Shown piece after piece: positions 8,636 to 10,828 of a stretch of 10,828 bases of DNA. This DNA comes from Candidatus Heimdallarchaeota archaeon (lineage in GTDB: Archaea; Asgardarchaeota; Heimdallarchaeia; JABLTI01), in assembly GCA_030614005.1 (NCBI GenBank), contig JAUWKS010000092.1, forward strand, positions 1-10,828, given 5' to 3'. Made by a program: the position numbers and the translations under genes. A model generated the notes under the pieces. The model searched no databases and was not told the DNA's origin. It saw only the letters and a program-made list of their open reading frames with translations. Within the stretch, counting starts at the first letter, position 1; every line of letters begins with the position of its first letter.

Positions 8636-8760
8636 TGAAAATCAACTTGATTTACTAAATTAATAATATTAGTAATATTGTAACCAATATATTAAGCAAA
8701 TTATCCAATATTAATCTCCTTTACTTAAATAATTATCTAAAGTATAGACCTAATTCCTAG

Positions 8761-8783
8761 AGAAAAATAGAGGGTATTTTTCT
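8761..8783. promoter_or_regulatory. Inverted repeat, candidate operator in the divergent intergenic region
   Basis: AGAAAAATA-gaggg-TATTTTTCT: perfect 9-bp arms with a 5-bp spacer, between the regulator and the peptide gene. Confidence 0.4.
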
Positions 8784-8945
8784 ACCTCCACCTAAAGTCA
8801 CTTTATTCGATTCTAAAGAATCTAGATGAGGTTTTATGCATTTTAAACAAATGAAAACTATAACCTCAAAACTATTTTTGCCATTTGTATATAGAATGTT
8901 TTAGAGTTTAATTACTCGCAAATTGCCGAGACACGTCACTTGAAC

Positions 8946-9001
8946 TATAAAACAATCAACACATAATATATGGCAATAACTCTAAACAAAAAAATAAGGT
9001 G
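8946..9001 (+). promoter_or_regulatory. TATA box and ribosome-binding site for the small peptide gene
   Basis: TATAAAA at 8946-8952; AGGTG at 8997-9001, 7 nt before TTG at 9009. Confidence 0.55.
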
Positions 9002-9008
9002 TAAAAAC

Positions 9009-9146
9009 TTGAAAAAAATCAATCCAAAAATAATAGGCATAGTATTACTATTGCTATCTTCGTTGATAGCAGGTAGTTTAGCTGTTCAGGAAGGATACGG
9101 GGATCCAACATTAGTACCAGCATCCGATGATGACATGGGTGGATAA
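9009..9146 (+). CDS. Small secreted-peptide precursor, 45 aa (MKKINPKIIGIVLLLLSSLIAGSLA-VQEGYGDPTLVPASDDDMGG); not in the ORF track
   Basis: Manually translated. TTG start with AGGTG RBS; an in-frame ATG at 8970 gives a 58-aa alternative. Basic n-region, 15-residue hydrophobic h-region, S-L-A c-region, TAA at 9144-9146, followed by hairpins and a T8 tract. Confidence 0.75.
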   Translation: MKKINPKIIGIVLLLLSSLIAGSLAVQEGYGDPTLVPASDDDMGG

Positions 9147-9191
9147 TTGAAAGGAAATAATTGATTGTGGGTAATTAACAAAATATGAGAG

Positions 9192-9255
9192 GGTAAATAT
9201 CAATTTACCTGAGGAGTGTGCTGGAAATACACATTCCTCAAAACATCTTTTTTTT
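9192..9255 (+). terminator. Tandem hairpins plus T8 tract after the peptide gene
   Basis: GGTAAAT-atca-ATTTACC (9192-9209); GAGGAGTGTG-9 nt-CACATTCCTC (9211-9239, one G-U pair); T8 at 9248-9255; lies between convergent genes. Confidence 0.6.
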
Positions 9256-9283
9256 GACGAGCAGTATCTAATATTTCAATTCA

Positions 9284-10119
9284 TTATCCTAATGGTCCAT
9301 TAGAAATTATCTCTTCGAAAGAAGCTAAATCTCCTCTCCAGGGGTTTAAACATTCGACAAACCAATTTACACCCGTTTCTGAATAGTTTATTAGTACTTT
9401 CTTAAAGCCCTTATGGGCATTAAAATAAGTAGAAAAAACAACATCAAAGGCTCCTTTTTGTGTACGATATTTCTTAATGTAAGCAACAATTTCTCTATAT
9501 TCATCAGGTGTTAGTGGATCTACAGAACCAGCTTTCAATGGAAAAACGCCATCATATTTTGCAGCTCTACGGAATGGTTTTTTGTTAGGCCAAGTACCTC
9601 CAACCCATATTGGTATTCTTGGTTGTTGAGTAGATTTTGGTAAAAATAGCCTTTCCTCGACTTTGTAATGTTTACCAGAATAAGAGAACATTTCCCCGGA
9701 CCATAAACCTTGGAGAATATCTAAACTTTCATCAAGCATTTCACTGCGGAGTTTAGCATTACCCTCAATACCAAAAGGTTCAAACTCCTCTTTTGGATCT
9801 GCACCAAGCCCTACGCCTAATGTTAAACGACCATTTGACAATTGATCAATTGTAGCTGTTTCTTTAGCTACATCCCAAGGTTGCTTCCTAGAAAGAGGTG
9901 TTACTGTAGTACCAAATCGAATTTTCTTTGTATGGTTAGCTATTGCAGTCAAAACAGTCAATGGATCCAAAACATTAGCATCTTTCATAAAGATGCATAA
10001 ATATGATCCCAAAGATAGAAACCATCCCAACCATTTTTTTCAGCTATTTTGGCTAGCTTAATGATTGATTGTACACTCCAATTTGGACCATAATTAGCTA
10101 AATATACACCAAACTTCAT
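9284..10119 (-). pseudogene. LLM-class (luciferase-like) flavin-dependent oxidoreductase split by a one-base frameshift near 9986-9993 (pseudogene or assembly error)
   Basis: The track ORFs 9985-10170 (MKFGVYL...GWDGFYLWDHIYA) and 9284-10030 (KDANVLDPLTVLTAIA...GTTVTPLSR...GRLTLGVGLG) join into one protein of about 278 aa if one base is restored in GCA TCT TT ATG AAA. ATG at 10119. Confidence 0.85.
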
Positions 10120-10357
10120 ATTTCCAGATATCCTCTTGAAAAGAAACTGTGAATTAAACTTCAAAAGCATTATTTAATTCCATATCAATTATAGAGTTTC
10201 TAATTCATAAATTTGCTTTTTCATTTTGTTTATCTAAAGTACTTTAAGAGGAATGAAAAACGAGTTAAAAAAATTAAATAAGAATAAAAAAAACTAGAAT
10301 GAAAAATAACCTGTAAAGATTATATCTCAACTAGATTTCTTAATTAGGATATTATTT

Positions 10358-10516
10358 CTAATATCTTCTTGGCTTTCGTTTTTGGTAGCAATCGCGACAG
10401 TAAACTGGTCTTTCGCCATCTGGTTTGAAAGGAACTTCTGTTTCTATTCCACAGTCAGCACATGTGACTTTATGCATTTCTCTTGGTTCGCGGTTGTAAC
10501 CGTTATAGTTATTCAT
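10358..10516 (-). CDS. CxxC-x17-CxxC zinc-finger microprotein, 52 aa (MNNYNGYNREPREMHKVTCADCGIETEVPFKPDGERPVYCRDCYQKRKPRRY); not in the ORF track
   Basis: Manually translated. CADC and CRDC are separated by exactly 17 residues, with the family-typical VPFKP...RPVYC. GGTGA RBS at 10526-10530, 9 nt upstream of the ATG. Confidence 0.93.
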   Translation of the reverse strand: MNNYNGYNREPREMHKVTCADCGIETEVPFKPDGERPVYCRDCYQKRKPRRY

Positions 10517-10790
10517 TTTATTTTTTCACCGAATAATATTTTATTACACATAATTAGCTTAAAATAAGTCAAAAGATAAATTTTCATGAAATCAAACTTT
10601 GTTAATTGCCAAAAAGATACTTTATTCCTATCTCGATAATTTATGTATATTAGGAAAACAAGTTCATATATCATTTATAAAGATGTGGATATACAATAAA
10701 CGAACATTTTTTCAATAGAAAACTAGTGAAAATGAGTTAGAAAATGTAATGAATAATCAGAAAGTCAAATATTAGTACCAAACCTTCGCC

Positions 10791-10828
10791 TTACTTCTTT
10801 TTATAGTCCATTTTCCATTGTACTATGA
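10791..10828 (-). CDS. Possible 3' end of a gene entering from the right edge (...IVQWKMDYKKK*)
   Basis: One minus-strand frame is open from the window edge to TAA at 10791-10793, followed by an AT-rich intergenic region. Only 12 codons are visible. Confidence 0.3.
   Translation of the reverse strand, partial: IVQWKMDYKKK

Noticed and set aside
8836-8904. 22-codon ORF MHFKQMKTITSKLFLPFVYRMF in the divergent intergenic region
   Set aside because: The GAGGT element is only 3 nt from the ATG, and there are no signal-peptide or family features; it is probably chance.
10033-10041. Programmed -1 frameshift at A-AAA-AAT in the LLM gene
   Set aside because: Shifting there would replace the conserved GWDGFYLWDH motif with WLGWFLSLGS, so it cannot restore a functional enzyme.
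9009-10119. RiPP cluster in which the LLM enzyme modifies the small peptide
   Set aside because: The genes are convergent, no dehydratase, cyclase, radical-SAM or YcaO enzyme is present, and the leader is a Sec-type signal rather than a RiPP leader.
5853-10567. Short track ORFs 5853-6038, 8187-8432 and 10382-10567
   Set aside because: They are antisense shadows of the TIM-barrel gene, the regulator and the CxxC-x17-CxxC gene respectively.

Overview
AT-rich archaeal-looking DNA. GGTG/GGAGA-type ribosome-binding sites, TATA-like boxes, oligo-T terminators and an Lrp-like tandem regulator suggest Asgard/Heimdallarchaeia-like origin (inference only). Left to right: a GC-rich, hairpin-rich non-coding island (about 100-280) abutting a Cys-rich small heat-shock protein (Hsp20) whose C-terminus looks replaced; a divergent polytopic membrane protein; a minus-strand run of a 592-aa regulator (Lrp/AsnC-like HTH plus an unexplained N-terminal domain), an AP-endonuclease-2-type TIM-barrel metalloenzyme, and a MacB/FtsX-type ABC ATPase and permease; an LLM-class flavin oxidoreductase with a one-base frameshift; and a CxxC-x17-CxxC zinc-finger microprotein missed by the ORF track. 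The most notable observation is an unannotated 45-aa ORF (9009-9146) made of a Sec-type signal peptide plus a 20-aa acidic peptide, transcribed divergently from the 592-aa regulator. This layout resembles peptide-signal/receptor cassettes of Bacillota (Rgg/SHP, PlcR/PapR), but with a non-RRNPP regulator. The signalling role is a hypothesis.
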